This document shows, one piece after another, positions 50,846 to 62,435 of a stretch of 64,000 nt of DNA. The translations under genes and the position numbers were made by a program. The first letter of the stretch is position 1. Each line of letters opens with the position of its first letter. The stretch is from Aplysia californica (lineage: Eukaryota): the NCBI RefSeq assembly GCF_000002075.1, contig NW_004797858.1, positions 313,406 through 377,405 on the forward strand, written 5' to 3'. The notes beneath the pieces were generated by a model, which was given only the letters and a program-made list of their open reading frames with translations, did not search any database and was not told where the DNA came from.

Positions 50846-51119
50846 TTTATAGCGTTAACAAACGAAAAGAATTGTTTTTTGCCAATAAATACAGACCAAA
50901 ATTGAATTTCTAACTTAAGAAAATATTTATTTGTAAATTATATTTAATCTTAGAGAGTCTTGTATGAAATTTCACAATTTAATGTTCAAAAGTGTTTATA
51001 TTTTGAAACATCGGAAGCTTCAGCTTCACTTGATTTCCATCCCTCGGCCGATAGATGAACCGAGATTTCCGCTAAGAGACCCGAGTTGCCAACTTCGTTT
51101 TCTAATAGACTGTTGAAAA

Positions 51120-51223
51120 ATGGCAGACACCCTTTTCTTCAAACGGTCTCAGACCATGTATCCGTACTGGGTGAATATGCCCCCCACAGTACCGAGATAT
51201 CCAGCGTCTCAAGATATGTTCAG
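51120..51223 (+). CDS. Uncharacterised W/P/Y-rich protein B, exon 1 (MADTLFFKRSQTMYPYWVNMPPTVPRYPASQDMF)
   Basis: Strong aaaATGG context and donor AG|GTATAC (phase 2) matching the next exon. Confidence 0.75.
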
Positions 51224-51370
51224 GTATACTTCATGCCTTGTAAATGTCTACAACGACAAAACTATGTAATATAGGGACTAATGTAATCTCGTTGTCTCGT
51301 ATAAATGAGTGCCTCGATCTGTAGCAGTGTCCAGCACCAGTGCAAGTCCTTTCCCATAAAACACCAGGCA

Positions 51371-51606
51371 GAAATTTTGGCGATTGTTAAGATTCCCGCG
51401 TTTAATTCTGATGTGCGTTTTCATACCCTCAGGCATATTTCCCTTTGATCCCTAACCTCAACCCTAACCCTAACCCTAACCATGGCCGCCCTAACCCTAA
51501 CCCTAACCCTAAGCTAGGGTTAGGGACCAAAGCGAAATATGCCTGAGGGTATGAAAAACGCACATTGGAATTAAACGCGGGAATCTTAACAATCGCCGAA
51601 ATTTTA
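51371..51606. mobile_element. Foldback MITE with an internal (CCCTAA)n telomeric repeat
   Basis: ~85-bp near-perfect inverted arms enclosing CCCTAA runs. Confidence 0.8.
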
Positions 51607-52305
51607 CTATTCTTGGTGTTACCAGAAATCTGAGTCTATTGCATCCTCTGTTTAGACTTCTTCACTTTTCGCATTATAAGAAATTTACCTCTATTTTAGG
51701 ACTGATTAAAAAGAGCCTCATTATAAGAATGAGTTCCGTTTGTTTTGTGCCTGCTATTGAAAAGGAGTAAACAAGGTTTTATCCTTCTCAGCCTCTGTGT
51801 TTACCACTCGCAAAGATTTAGGGTTGAATTCCGCTACGGTCGAAATTTTCTCTTCATTCCTGGAATGGTTTTTTTTTCTTCTCATGAGTTCTCAATCCCA
51901 TGTCCTTGTACTCTGACTTAACAAAAAAGAAAATCTAAATTAGGTATTTTACGTGAATACGCAGGCCCTATATAACATTGGGAACCCAATGTCTTCTGTG
52001 TACACGGGCGATTTGAAACGATTGCTATTTATATAGTGCTATGTCATGTCCCTTCTGGTACTACTTTCTTGTTTTGCTCAGCAATCGTCTGTTCTAGTAT
52101 CTTCCTCTGCTGCGTTCGTGATTAAACGTTTGTTTCACAGGTTGCAAACAATCAAAGTTGTCACAAAAATATCTGAACTGTCAACTGAGTATCTGAATCT
52201 GACAGTCTCCACCTTTGTTATGATTCATGAAACGACAATGCCTCTATGTTTCTTAGCATAGATATATAATATCTATTATATTTGCTTCTTGTTTTATTCA
52301 TCCAG

Positions 52306-52357
52306 ACGAGAGGAACCAGACAAATATACAAAAAGGGATGGCAGACAAGGGTATCAG
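52306..52357 (+). CDS. Uncharacterised protein B, 52-nt exon 2 (REEPDKYTKRDGRQGYQ)
   Basis: ttcatccAG acceptor, CAG|GTAAGC donor, phase 2-0. Confidence 0.8.
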
Positions 52358-52918
52358 GTAAGCTGTATATGCCGTTACAAACCTCTGTTGGTGTAGATTT
52401 GGGAAGTTGTCGAGATGGTTCAATATGAGATAGTATTTTTCAGGCAAGATGCAATAGACTTTACTGTGGTATTTAGGACGTTTTATTGTATTCTCTGTAT
52501 GGAAAATGCTTGTACATTACCCACATTATACAACGATCAAATTCTTCTCTTACCCATATGTCCATCTTTTTCATAATAATATTATTATTAATAAGCTATT
52601 TGATTTATTCTTTGTTTTTTGGTAAGAAATGAAAGTAAAAGGCATTCGTACCATTCAAATCGTCTCTTAGATGTGCAAGTTTTAGCCATGGCGTCTTGTT
52701 ATTGATGATGCTGCACACAGGATGTAGATTTCTGTCTTTCACGATGTAATTAGAATTTTTGTGAAGCCATTTCTAAAAAATGGGGAAAAGAATCTAGGTT
52801 TTGTTTGGATTGACGAGAGGTTTGTTTCATTCATGAGTTCAGGGCAGGTGACAAATTCACTTTTTGTCGTATGATGAAAGTATTGGTCTCATAGACGATA
52901 AACAATCTTCCTTGACAG

Positions 52919-53106
52919 AACTGGACAGACAAGTGGTACGACTGGGGTCATCCTGTTCGGCGCCAGGAGGAGTTGCCACTGGTGGCCGATAGGCACGAGC
53001 CTTTGTCGAGACCCTGGCAATATGGCGTCCACATGGGGGTCACCGGAGAGCCCAAGTGGACACGAGAGGGAAAGGACTGGCCCATCAATCAGAAGAAGTA
53101 CCTCAG
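52919..53106 (+). CDS. Uncharacterised protein B, exon 3 (NWTDKWYDWGHP...KDWPINQKKYL)
   Basis: cttccttgacAG acceptor, GC-rich open frame, AG|GTATGG donor. Confidence 0.85.
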
Positions 53107-53131
53107 GTATGGCGGAGAGATTTGTACGATA

Positions 53132-53371
53132 TGTGAAGCGTGCCGACAAAATGAGTTACTTCTTGAATCCAAGCCTTATTGAAATAAATACATCACGCTA
53201 TTTGGTGAAATTTTTACAATTTATATGTATCGAATAATAAATGGCACGTTATACAAAAAGAATGTGGCATCAATAGAAAATCTACTAATCTGACCCTATA
53301 GTGTGGGCTTTTGGATAATATTTCCGTTTGTGGATTGCGAGAAGTAACTCATTTTGTCAGCACGCTTCACA
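53132..53371. mobile_element. TA-flanked TGTGAAGCG MITE, second copy
   Basis: Same TIRs and internal sequence as 49271-49515; a third partial copy spans the gap at ~59964-60511. Confidence 0.85.
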
Positions 53372-53789
53372 TATAGTGCTGGTCTTGATATGGAAATGTA
53401 TCTGAGGTAGTATTTAAAGTTTTGTGAGTGGGTGGTTGCCGGGTGCTCTGGTGTGGTTTGCTTCTTCTTTCCTATCACCAAACATCTATCTTCTTTATCT
53501 CCCGTCCTTCTTATTTTTGTGTATGTTACTCTCTTGTAACACATATAATCTTCGGCAGTTATATGACCGTATTGTGTTCCAAGTGCCGTAAAGCACTTAC
53601 TAAAAAAAAAGAAGTTTTGTGCTTCTGTTTTTGGTACATATACATACATTCTAGCACTCACGTAGCAAGCACGGACATAGAGAAAAAAACACATTACAAA
53701 CATGCACATAGCAAACACACATAGCAAATTAGCCCATGCGACTTTTGGAACCTTTTGTCAGTCACACAACACACATTATATTTCTGGTG

Positions 53790-54000
53790 TCTCTCTCCCT
53801 CCCTCCCCACCTCTATCTCTCTCCCTCCCTCCCCACCTCTATTTCTCACTTTCTCCCTCCCCACCTCTATTTCTCACTTTCTCCCTCCCCACCTCTATCT
53901 CTCTCCCTCCCTCCCCACCTCTCTATCTCTCTCCTTCCCTCCCCACCTCTCTATCTCTCTCCCTCCCTCCCCACCTCTCTCTCTATCTCTCTCTCTCCCC
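53790..54000. repeat. Pyrimidine minisatellite (ctccctccccacctctatctct)n
   Basis: About 8 copies directly upstream of the 54004 acceptor. Confidence 0.9.
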
Positions 54001-54004
54001 ACAG

Positions 54005-54218
54005 ATCAGGGATCCCCAACACAGAAAACCACCGAGCACGAGCGATGCGAGAGCTGAGTTTCCGCGACGAGAAGCTGTACCCGTTCTCCAACAACATGAC
54101 GTCGACGTACCGCCGGCCCGTCTACTCCGTGTTCGGACCCATGCAGAAAGAACCGGTGTTTGGTCTGACCCGACAGCGAAACCGCCATGGCCACATGCCC
54201 TTTGAGGATTATTATTGA
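54005..54218 (+). CDS. Uncharacterised protein B, last exon (SGIPNTEN...MTSTYRRP...PFEDYY*)
   Basis: Long pyrimidine tract plus cacAG. The total CDS is 558 nt = 185 aa. AATAAA at 54499-54504. Confidence 0.85.
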
Positions 54219-55114
54219 TGCCCGACAAAGACAGTAGTCTTGTTTTCTTGCGAGAGTGAAAGTTGAATTTTGAATTATCATTTTGAATTTTTTTTAATCT
54301 CTTGAATCCTTTTATAAAGACAGAACTCATCTTTTATTCTGTTGTTGTTTATCTGTTAATAATCACCGCAGAAAATGTGCGTTTTACAGGGATGCTGATG
54401 AGATTTTATAAAAAACCCTGAAAATTTACACATTTTATAGACTTAACTAATGTAGGGGTACCGGTACACAAAATAGACAACAAATTCTTAGATAATTAAA
54501 TAAATATTCAGTTGGTAAAAATAACGGAATCCCCCCCTCCCTCAACCAGAAAAATGTTATCCCTGGTTTTTTTTACCTAAATCAGATATATTATTATAGA
54601 AATGAAATCCTATTTTAAAAAAGCCACAATCTAGTATATTTTTTTTTCTATGTTCGGGAAAATTTCCAAATTTCTGATTACGTGTACAAGCCTTTTGAGG
54701 AACTGACTTCGTCATACAGTAACTTCCTGTTTGTTTCAAGTTCTAGCTGTAGAATTCTTTTATCTCATGTACAAAACACATTTTTAATTAAATGCTTTCC
54801 AGTGGACAACTCAGTTCTGTTTCTGCTTTCCCTCGAGTAGACAACTCAGTCATGTTTCTGCCCAAACATGGCGGTCTGAATTCCTCTGTTCTCTTTGTTT
54901 TCATTTCCCTGCTGTGCTGATAATAACTGATTTGCGTGAACTGTGTCTGAAGTGTGTTCTACGTTATTACATCAGAGACTTTCAGTGGAGTTGGGGCGGT
55001 ACGTATCTATAGTATATCTGCTTCTCCTGTTGTTAAATACCTCAACTTTTGTGAGAATTACTGAAGTCCCGAACTGAAAATGAAAGAATGTGTGAATGTG
55101 TGTAAAATGGTATA

Positions 55115-55364
55115 TGGTCGCTTTAAGCACAAGGGGGCTATCCTGAAAAATGCTGTTTTGAGAAAATTGAAGGTTAAGTTTTTGGATCCCTGTTCAGTTT
55201 CTTTAAAAGACAAGGAGAGTTTTCTCTATAACCAAACAAATATACTCACCAATGAAACCAAACTTATCCTATAATAGGTAGGGCAATACCCACTTTTGGT
55301 GTAGGTCAAGATTTCTGGAAACCCCTGAAATCTGGGTTAGCCCGTTTGTCGTTAAAAGCGACCA
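55115..55364. mobile_element. ~250-bp TGGTC-terminated MITE, second copy
   Basis: TA|TGGTCGCTTTAA...TTAAAAGCGACCA|TA. Confidence 0.78.
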
Positions 55365-55543
55365 TATAAATAAATATATATATATATGAAAGTAAATGAT
55401 AGCCTTTTTGTTTCCTTGCTCCATGATTAAATTTGAATTTGAAGAAATATTCGTGTTTGTTTGGAATTTGTTTATCTTTGCTCTCCTCAAGGATCATAGA
55501 ATTTCTTTTATGGAAATTGAGTAACTGAACCCTTATAGACATA

Positions 55544-56175
55544 TGTGAGGCTGGCAGCGTGGTGGAATCAGGCTCTCGTCTATATGTGAGGCAGCGTGGA
55601 GGAATCAGGCTCTCGTCTATACGTGAGGCAGCGTGGAGGAATCAGGCTCTCGTCTATATGTGAGGCAGCGTGGAGGAATCAGGCTCTCGTCTATATGTGA
55701 GGCAGCGTGGTGGAATCAGGCTCTCGTCTATATGTGAGGCAGCGTGGTGGAATCAGGCTCTCCTCAAAATAATCCAAATGAAGAAACTTGAATTTTTTCC
55801 CAGGTTTGGGAATTTTTATCAAATTTTTGTTTTTTTGGCTCAAAACTTTTCATGCCCATTAAAATTAAAGAACTCATTTATGTGTGGATTTTTCTGAAAA
55901 ACGTTGATTTAAGGCACAAAAATGTAAATTTTCAATTACCTCGGACTCTTAAGCTAAGGAAATAACTAATCTTTGGCGGCTATTTTCTCACTAATTTTGC
56001 CTCTGAAAACAGGTGACCCCCACCTCCTTCATTCGCAAATATCTGGACCTGTATTCAAGATAAATGGATACTATTTTCATCCAAATAAAGACAAGGGAAC
56101 AAGCTTCAAGATGATGTCAATTACTCTACATGCCCAAAAATTGACGAGAGCCTGATTCCACCACGCTGCCTCACA
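55544..56175. mobile_element. TA-flanked TGTGAGGCAGCG MITE (~440 bp) with six tandem copies of its left TIR
   Basis: TIR tgtgaggcagcgtggtggaatcaggctctcgtc. Other copies at ~25633-26070, 28790-29161, 34776-35208, 37668-37924 and 41717-41925 (truncated). Confidence 0.85.
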
Positions 56176-56951
56176 TATTTTTCTGATGTAGTCAAGTTAA
56201 TCACTAGATCCAGTTCACTCAACAACAAAAAAACTCAACCCCCCAAAAAATCCCAACCAAAACAACACCAACAAACAAAAAAACCCCCCAACAAACAATT
56301 GATCAAAACAACAACAAAATTCTCGTTTCAAGATTGTAGGAGATTTAATTTGTAAAAATGTTTCATATGATTGAGACTAGAGAGAACTGGTACGGTACAG
56401 GCGAGTGTAGGTCCCAGAAATTGCGAGCCGTGAACAATGCAGTGTCAGAAAAACACACACAGAGGGAAGCATGAATTAGGTCCATACGTCGAAAACCTAA
56501 CAACTGAAAACTAACAAAGAAAAAATAATAATAAGGTGCACATATTAAGTCCATCTTTATGCAAATTTTCTTACTATGACCTTGATAACAAATCAACACA
56601 CACAAGAAGTCTAATAATAGTTCCTGAAAATCAAACCCAGATACACATTACATTACACTACTTTGGCAAAAACACGGTCAATGTGCTTTGACACGAACAC
56701 AAAACTGCATCATTGATGGGCTCCCACGAGTTATGACTTGCTGATAGTTCTGAAGCCCTGTGGGGCAAAGTGCAAGGAAAACACAGGATCTCGGAGACAA
56801 ACATTATTAACTGCTCACACAAATAAGAAAGAATAGGCAACACAAGTTTTCAAAATTTTGTTTTAAATGTAAGTGGGTTTTTTTTTTCCCATTGAAACAA
56901 TTTCGATCATTTAGGAGGCGGGCTTCCGATCTTGCCTGCCTGTCAGGGCCA

Positions 56952-57146
56952 ACCCGGGCTGAGAGGGATACAACATCCCAGCAGACAGACCCGGGCTGAG
57001 AGGGATACAACATCCCAGCAGACAGACCCGGGCTGAGAGGGATACAAAATCCCAGCAGACAGACCCGGGCTGAGAGGGATACAAAATCCCAGCAGACAGA
57101 CCCGGGCTGAGAGGGATACAAAATCCCAGAAGACAGACCCGGGATA
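56952..57146. repeat. 37-bp minisatellite derived from the family S SINE body
   Basis: cccgggctgagagggatacaacatcccagcagacaga x5; reverse complement of the SINE body at 29965-30000. Confidence 0.88.
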
Positions 57147-57373
57147 CAATGCAGCCTCTCTATAATGACATCGTCGGGACCAGAAAAAAATACGTTACAG
57201 AGAGTTGTCGTTATAGAGAGTTGTCGTTACAGTTACAGAGAGTTGTCGTTACAGTTATAGAGAGGCAACCAAAAATTACTAATGATATAAAGAAAAAAAA
57301 TGGGGACCTGGGCACCACGTCGCTATACAGAGGATGTCGTTATATCAAAGGTCGTTATTGAGAGGCTGCACTG
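57147..57373. mobile_element. pogo/Tigger-like MITE (same family as 4763)
   Basis: TIR CAATGCAGCCTCTC / GAGAGGCTGCACTG; internal sequence matches 4763-5057. Confidence 0.75.
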
Positions 57374-58041
57374 TGCTTTATGACAATTCTCTCTATTCAG
57401 CTCTGTCTGCTGGGGGTAAAACTATGGACTGTACTGTAAAGTACTTAGAGTTTTGTTGTTGAGTCTGAATTTTGCACTATACAAAAAAGCTTTCTATTTC
57501 TATTATCATTATTAATCAAACTGGAGTCTTCTGCGTGTGACAGCGAAGTGCCCCACCCCTATACTGCCGTAAGCTGACAAAACGACTTTTTTAATTCACA
57601 GCAGTTTTTTAAAAAAGAGGGGGTTTTTTTGGTCAACATAAGCATTGAAAAATAGCGTTCTTCCAAAATTTCAATTCTAATTTATTTATTCAAAAACTAG
57701 TCACACTTTCACTTTGATTTTTTTCTCACACAAGTAGGGAAACTGATCAGGATTTCGATTTAGCAAAAATAAAAAATGTTGGTGGCAAAATGACTTAAAA
57801 AATAAGGCATGTTGTCAGCTTAGGCAGTACGACTCAGTCAGTCACCAGTCCAGAATTGTTCTCGCATTCTCCCACAGAGGCGTGGATAGACGAGATGAAA
57901 TATCATGAATAGTTTGTTCAATGGAGAATAAGGGAGAGATATATTCACAGTACGTACGTGTGTGTGTAACAGCTGGGGGGGGGGGGGGGGGAATGATGAC
58001 AACGTTCTCTCATGCTTGGTAAACTCTCTACACAACATTCA

Positions 58042-58372
58042 GGATGGGTACACATGACATATGATGGGTACACATGACATATGACGGGTACACATGACAT
58101 ATGACGGGTACACACGACACATGATGGGTACACATGACATGACGGGTACACATGACATATGATGGGTACACACGACATATGATGGGTACACACGACATAT
58201 GATGGGTACACATGACATATGATGGGTACACATGACATATGATGGGTACACATGACATATGATGGGTACACATGACATATGACGGGTACACATGACATAT
58301 GATGGGTACACATGACATATGACGGGTACACATGACATATGATGGGTACACATGACATATGATGGGTACATA
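58042..58372. repeat. 20-bp minisatellite gatgggtacacatgacatat
   Basis: About 16 copies. Confidence 0.95.
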
Positions 58373-60385
58373 TATGAATTATGGAACTGCATGCAATAGT
58401 GGAGGAGAACAAAAAACCCCACAGTCAAGCCATGCACGGGGGTCAAGTACCGTCTGTTTCGTTTTTAGTAGAGGTTTTACGGCGCTCGCAACCGCATAAG
58501 GTCATATGATGAGCGCCATGGGGTGGATGTCAAAAGAGAAGTCCTTACAGGGAATCAGGCTTACTCTGCTCACCTCTCTAGCCTCAACAGCACGAAGTAC
58601 TGTGAGATGACCGGCACATGATACAATTTAAAAAAAAAAAAAAAAAGATACAAAATATACAATGTACAATGTACGTCTGTACGGGGCAAAATGGGACAAT
58701 GTGGGAGGTCAATCCAAATAGTTAAATATACGAAACCTTTGTACAGAGATATGAATAGGAGGTGGGGGTGGGGGTGGGGTGAATTCAATAACTTTCTATT
58801 ATTTTGCTTGGGTTACAAGAACCGCCTAGCCGCACGCTTGTCAACTGCTAGATATTTGATTTCATCTGTAAATCATTTCAAAATTTCATGTCTTGTCTTC
58901 ACATCGGATCAAATTGGGCAGACAGGGTCATAAAAAAAGCACAGTAATGTTAGGTTTCCTATTTCTTCTTCGAAACTGTCGAGACCAGGTTATCGGAATC
59001 TATGCCTGGGTATATTATAGCCTCGTCGTCTCTATCTCCTCCTTTCTTTCTTTCTTTCTCTCGCCATCTATTGATCTCCTGTTCCTTCTTCTTCGCGTCT
59101 CTTATTCCTCCTCTCTCTCACTCTCTTACTCTCTTACTCTCTTACTCTCTCTATCTGTGTGTGTGTGTGTGTGTGTGTGTGNNNNNNNNNNNNNNNNNNN
59201 NNNNNNNNNNNNNNNNNNNNNNNNNNNNNNNNNNNNNNNNNNNNNNNNNNNNNNNNNNNNNNNNNNNNNNNNNNNNNNNNNGGGGGACTAGTCGCCGAGA
59301 TGTGCGACAGCTCGTGGTATAGTCAGTGTGTACACACAAGGAAGTCTTCTTGTTGTCTGAGTAAAAGTTTTTTAACGGCACTCGCAACACACTTATGTCG
59401 AATAATAGAAGTGCCGAAGATTACGGGAGGCGTCACCAGAGAGTAAAACGTACAAAGAAAAGAAGAAGAGATGAAGAAGACGATGGATAAGAAAGAAGGA
59501 GCAAATTACACCAGAACACCCACCCACCACCCACCCACTAGAAAACTGTCCTTACCATCATCACACGCTTCCTTCACCCCAGCAACTGCAACACGGACAA
59601 CACACACAAAAACCCAAACACACGCGCGAGTGGGGGGGGGCGAGCGCGCGTGCGAAGGTATAGTTTTGCACACAAGCGGAGATTCAGATTAGCTCAGTAG
59701 ACTCAGCCTATAGTGGAGGAGGTGGTGCTGGGGTGTGTTTAGTTTTAGTAAAAGAGTTTTACGGCACTTGTAACGCAATAAGTTCATGTAAGTGCTGAAG
59801 ACTGGATGTGTTACAAGAGAGTAACAAACACAAAAAAGAAGGAGGGGAGAATAAGGATGATAGCTGTTTGATAGGAAAGAAGGAGCAAACCACACCAGAG
59901 CACCCGCCACCCACCCACAAAAACTTTCACTTCCCGTCCATCTCACCACACAGTATGTTGGGAGGTGTGCCGACAAAATGAGTTACTTCTCGCAACCACC
60001 CACAGACGGAGATATAATAGGCNNNNNNNNNNNNNNNNNNNNNNNNNNNNNNNNNNNNNNNNNNNNNNNNNNNNNNNNNNNNNNNNNNNNNNNNNNNNNN
60101 NNNNNNNNNNNNNNNNNNNNNNNNNNNNNNNNNNNNNNNNNNNNNNNNNNNNNNNNNNNNNNNNNNNNNNNNNNNNNNNNNNNNNNNNNNNNNNNNNNNN
60201 NNNNNNNNNNNNNNNNNNNNNNNNCTGATGCCATTTTCTCAAAGTTTAACACATTTATTTTGTTTAAAAATTTTGTTGTTGTTTCAATTTCAAATGTATA
60301 AATTGTACAAACTAATCCTACAGCTTTCACGCTTTTATTTATCTATATCCATAATTGTGTCTGTATATATATATCCATAAGTGTG

Positions 60386-60422
<37 letters not shown>

Positions 60423-60639
60423 CCATAAGTGTGTCTGTATATATATAAATATATATATGTCCATAAGGCTAACTTCCGAGAAGTAAGTGATTTTGTCCAC
60501 ATGCCTCACCTGTGGTCTACCGAGTTGCAGGAAAAAGAAAAAAAAAGAAGGTAAAAATGCCACAAAATGCAAATGGTGAAATTACTAAAACATGCGTATC
60601 TGTACAGAGCTGTACACAGTAAGTATTGCTGAATCAGGG

Positions 60640-61330
60640 GATGACCACATGAAGAGATGACCATATGAAAAGATGACCACATGAAGAGATGACCACACGA
60701 GATGACCACATGAAGAGATGACCACATGAAGAGATGACCACATGAGATGACCACACGACATGACCACATGAAGATGACCACATGAGATGACCACACGACA
60801 TGACCACATGAAGAGATGACCACATGAGATGACCACACGACATGACCACATGAAGAGATGACCACACGAGATGACCACACGAGATGACCACATGAAGAGA
60901 TGACCACATGAAGAGATGACCACACGAGATGACCACATGAAGAGATGACCACACGAGATGACCACATGAAGAGATGACCACAGACCACATGAAGAGATGA
61001 CCACATGAAGAGATGACCACATGAAGAGATGACCACAGACCACATGAAGAGATGACCACATGAAGAGATGACCACATGAAGAGATGACCACAGACCACAT
61101 GAAGAGATGACCACATGAAGAGATGACCACATGAAGAGATGACCACACGAGATGACCACATGAAGAGATGACCACACGAGATGACCACATGAAGAGATGA
61201 CCACATGAAGAGATGACCACATGAAGATGACCACATGAAGAGATGACCACAGACCACATGAAGAGATGACCACATGAAGAGATGACCACATGAAGAGATG
61301 ACCACAGACCACATGAAGAGATGACCACAC
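60640..61330. repeat. 16-bp minisatellite atgaccacatgaagag
   Basis: More than 40 copies with deletion variants. Confidence 0.95.
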
Positions 61331-61823
61331 ATACAGCCCCTGGAGCAAGGAAGAGTTAGTTCTCCCCCTTAGCGACGACTATCGTACAAAGTTCCACATT
61401 GTAATGACGGAGAGAATGAAACCACGCCTGAGACAAAATCAATAGTAATGATAATAATAACAAGAAATTATAATAACAACAACAATAATCATCATCATCA
61501 TCATCATCATCATCAATTTATCAAGCCTTTGTTAGTGCCCACGGTGTGAACAGAGAGCAAATGAGATTTTTGTTTTAGTACGAGTTTTACAGCACTTGCA
61601 ACACACACAAATAGGCCATATATATATATATGAGTGAGCCGAAGATTAGAGGAGTTACAAGAGAGTAACATACACAAAGAAAAGGAGGATGATAGACGTT
61701 TGATAGGAAAGAAGGAGCAAACCACACAGTACTAGAGCACCCGCCAACCACCCACTAACATAACAACGAGAGCAGAGTGCACAGTCAGCTGTAAGAGAAC
61801 TTTGTCGCGACGGCTCCAAAGTC

Positions 61824-62008
61824 TTTAGTTTTAGTAAAGAGTTTTACGGCACTTGCAACACAATAAGGTCATATAAGTACCGAAGATAAATTAGAGGTGT
61901 TACAAGAGAGTAACAAACACAAAAAAGAAGGAGGGGAGATAGAAACCATAGATTTTTTTTATAGGAAAGAAGGAGCAAACCACACCAAAGCACCCGCCAA
62001 CCACCCAC
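61824..62008 (-). mobile_element. Family A retroposon with 11-bp TSD
   Basis: TSD gctccaaagtc at 61813-61823 and 62009-62019. Confidence 0.88.
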
Positions 62009-62229
62009 GCTCCAAAGTCATGTCCAGATTGAGGGTGGACTACCAACAATGACAGGTTACACAACACTAACCCACATTTAGAAAAAAAAAAAAAAAAAGC
62101 CTTTCAAAACACACTGCAAAAAACCCCCCAAAAAACAAACCCAACCCAGTAGAGCAACCGCATCGTCCTTCATCCTCTCTTCCACAACAGCAACAACAAC
62201 AACCAAAATTTCTCTTCCAGAACGAAAAT

Positions 62230-62435
62230 AACAACAACAACAACAAAAACCACATTATCAACCAACAATAACAACAACAAAAACCACATTATCAACCAAC
62301 AACAACAACATCAACAAAAACCACATTATCAACCAACAACAACAACATCAACAAAAACCACATTATCAACCAACAACAACAACAAAAACCACATTATCAA
62401 ACAACAACAACATCAACAAAAACCACATTATCAAA
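62230..62435. repeat. AAC-rich tandem repeat (aacaacaacaaaaaccacattatcaacc)
   Basis: About 6 copies. Confidence 0.85.

Noticed and set aside
51449-51525. True telomere or chromosome-fusion scar
   Set aside because: Only a few CCCTAA units, enclosed by transposon-like inverted arms.
52338-52357. ATG at 52338 as the start of gene B
   Set aside because: That frame is out of phase with the downstream exons. The frame from 51120 gives a clean 185-aa CDS.
60506-61348. 230-280-aa Cys/His-rich ORFs (similarly 57945-58446 and 40909-41384)
   Set aside because: They come from stop-free tandem repeats with no splice or domain support.
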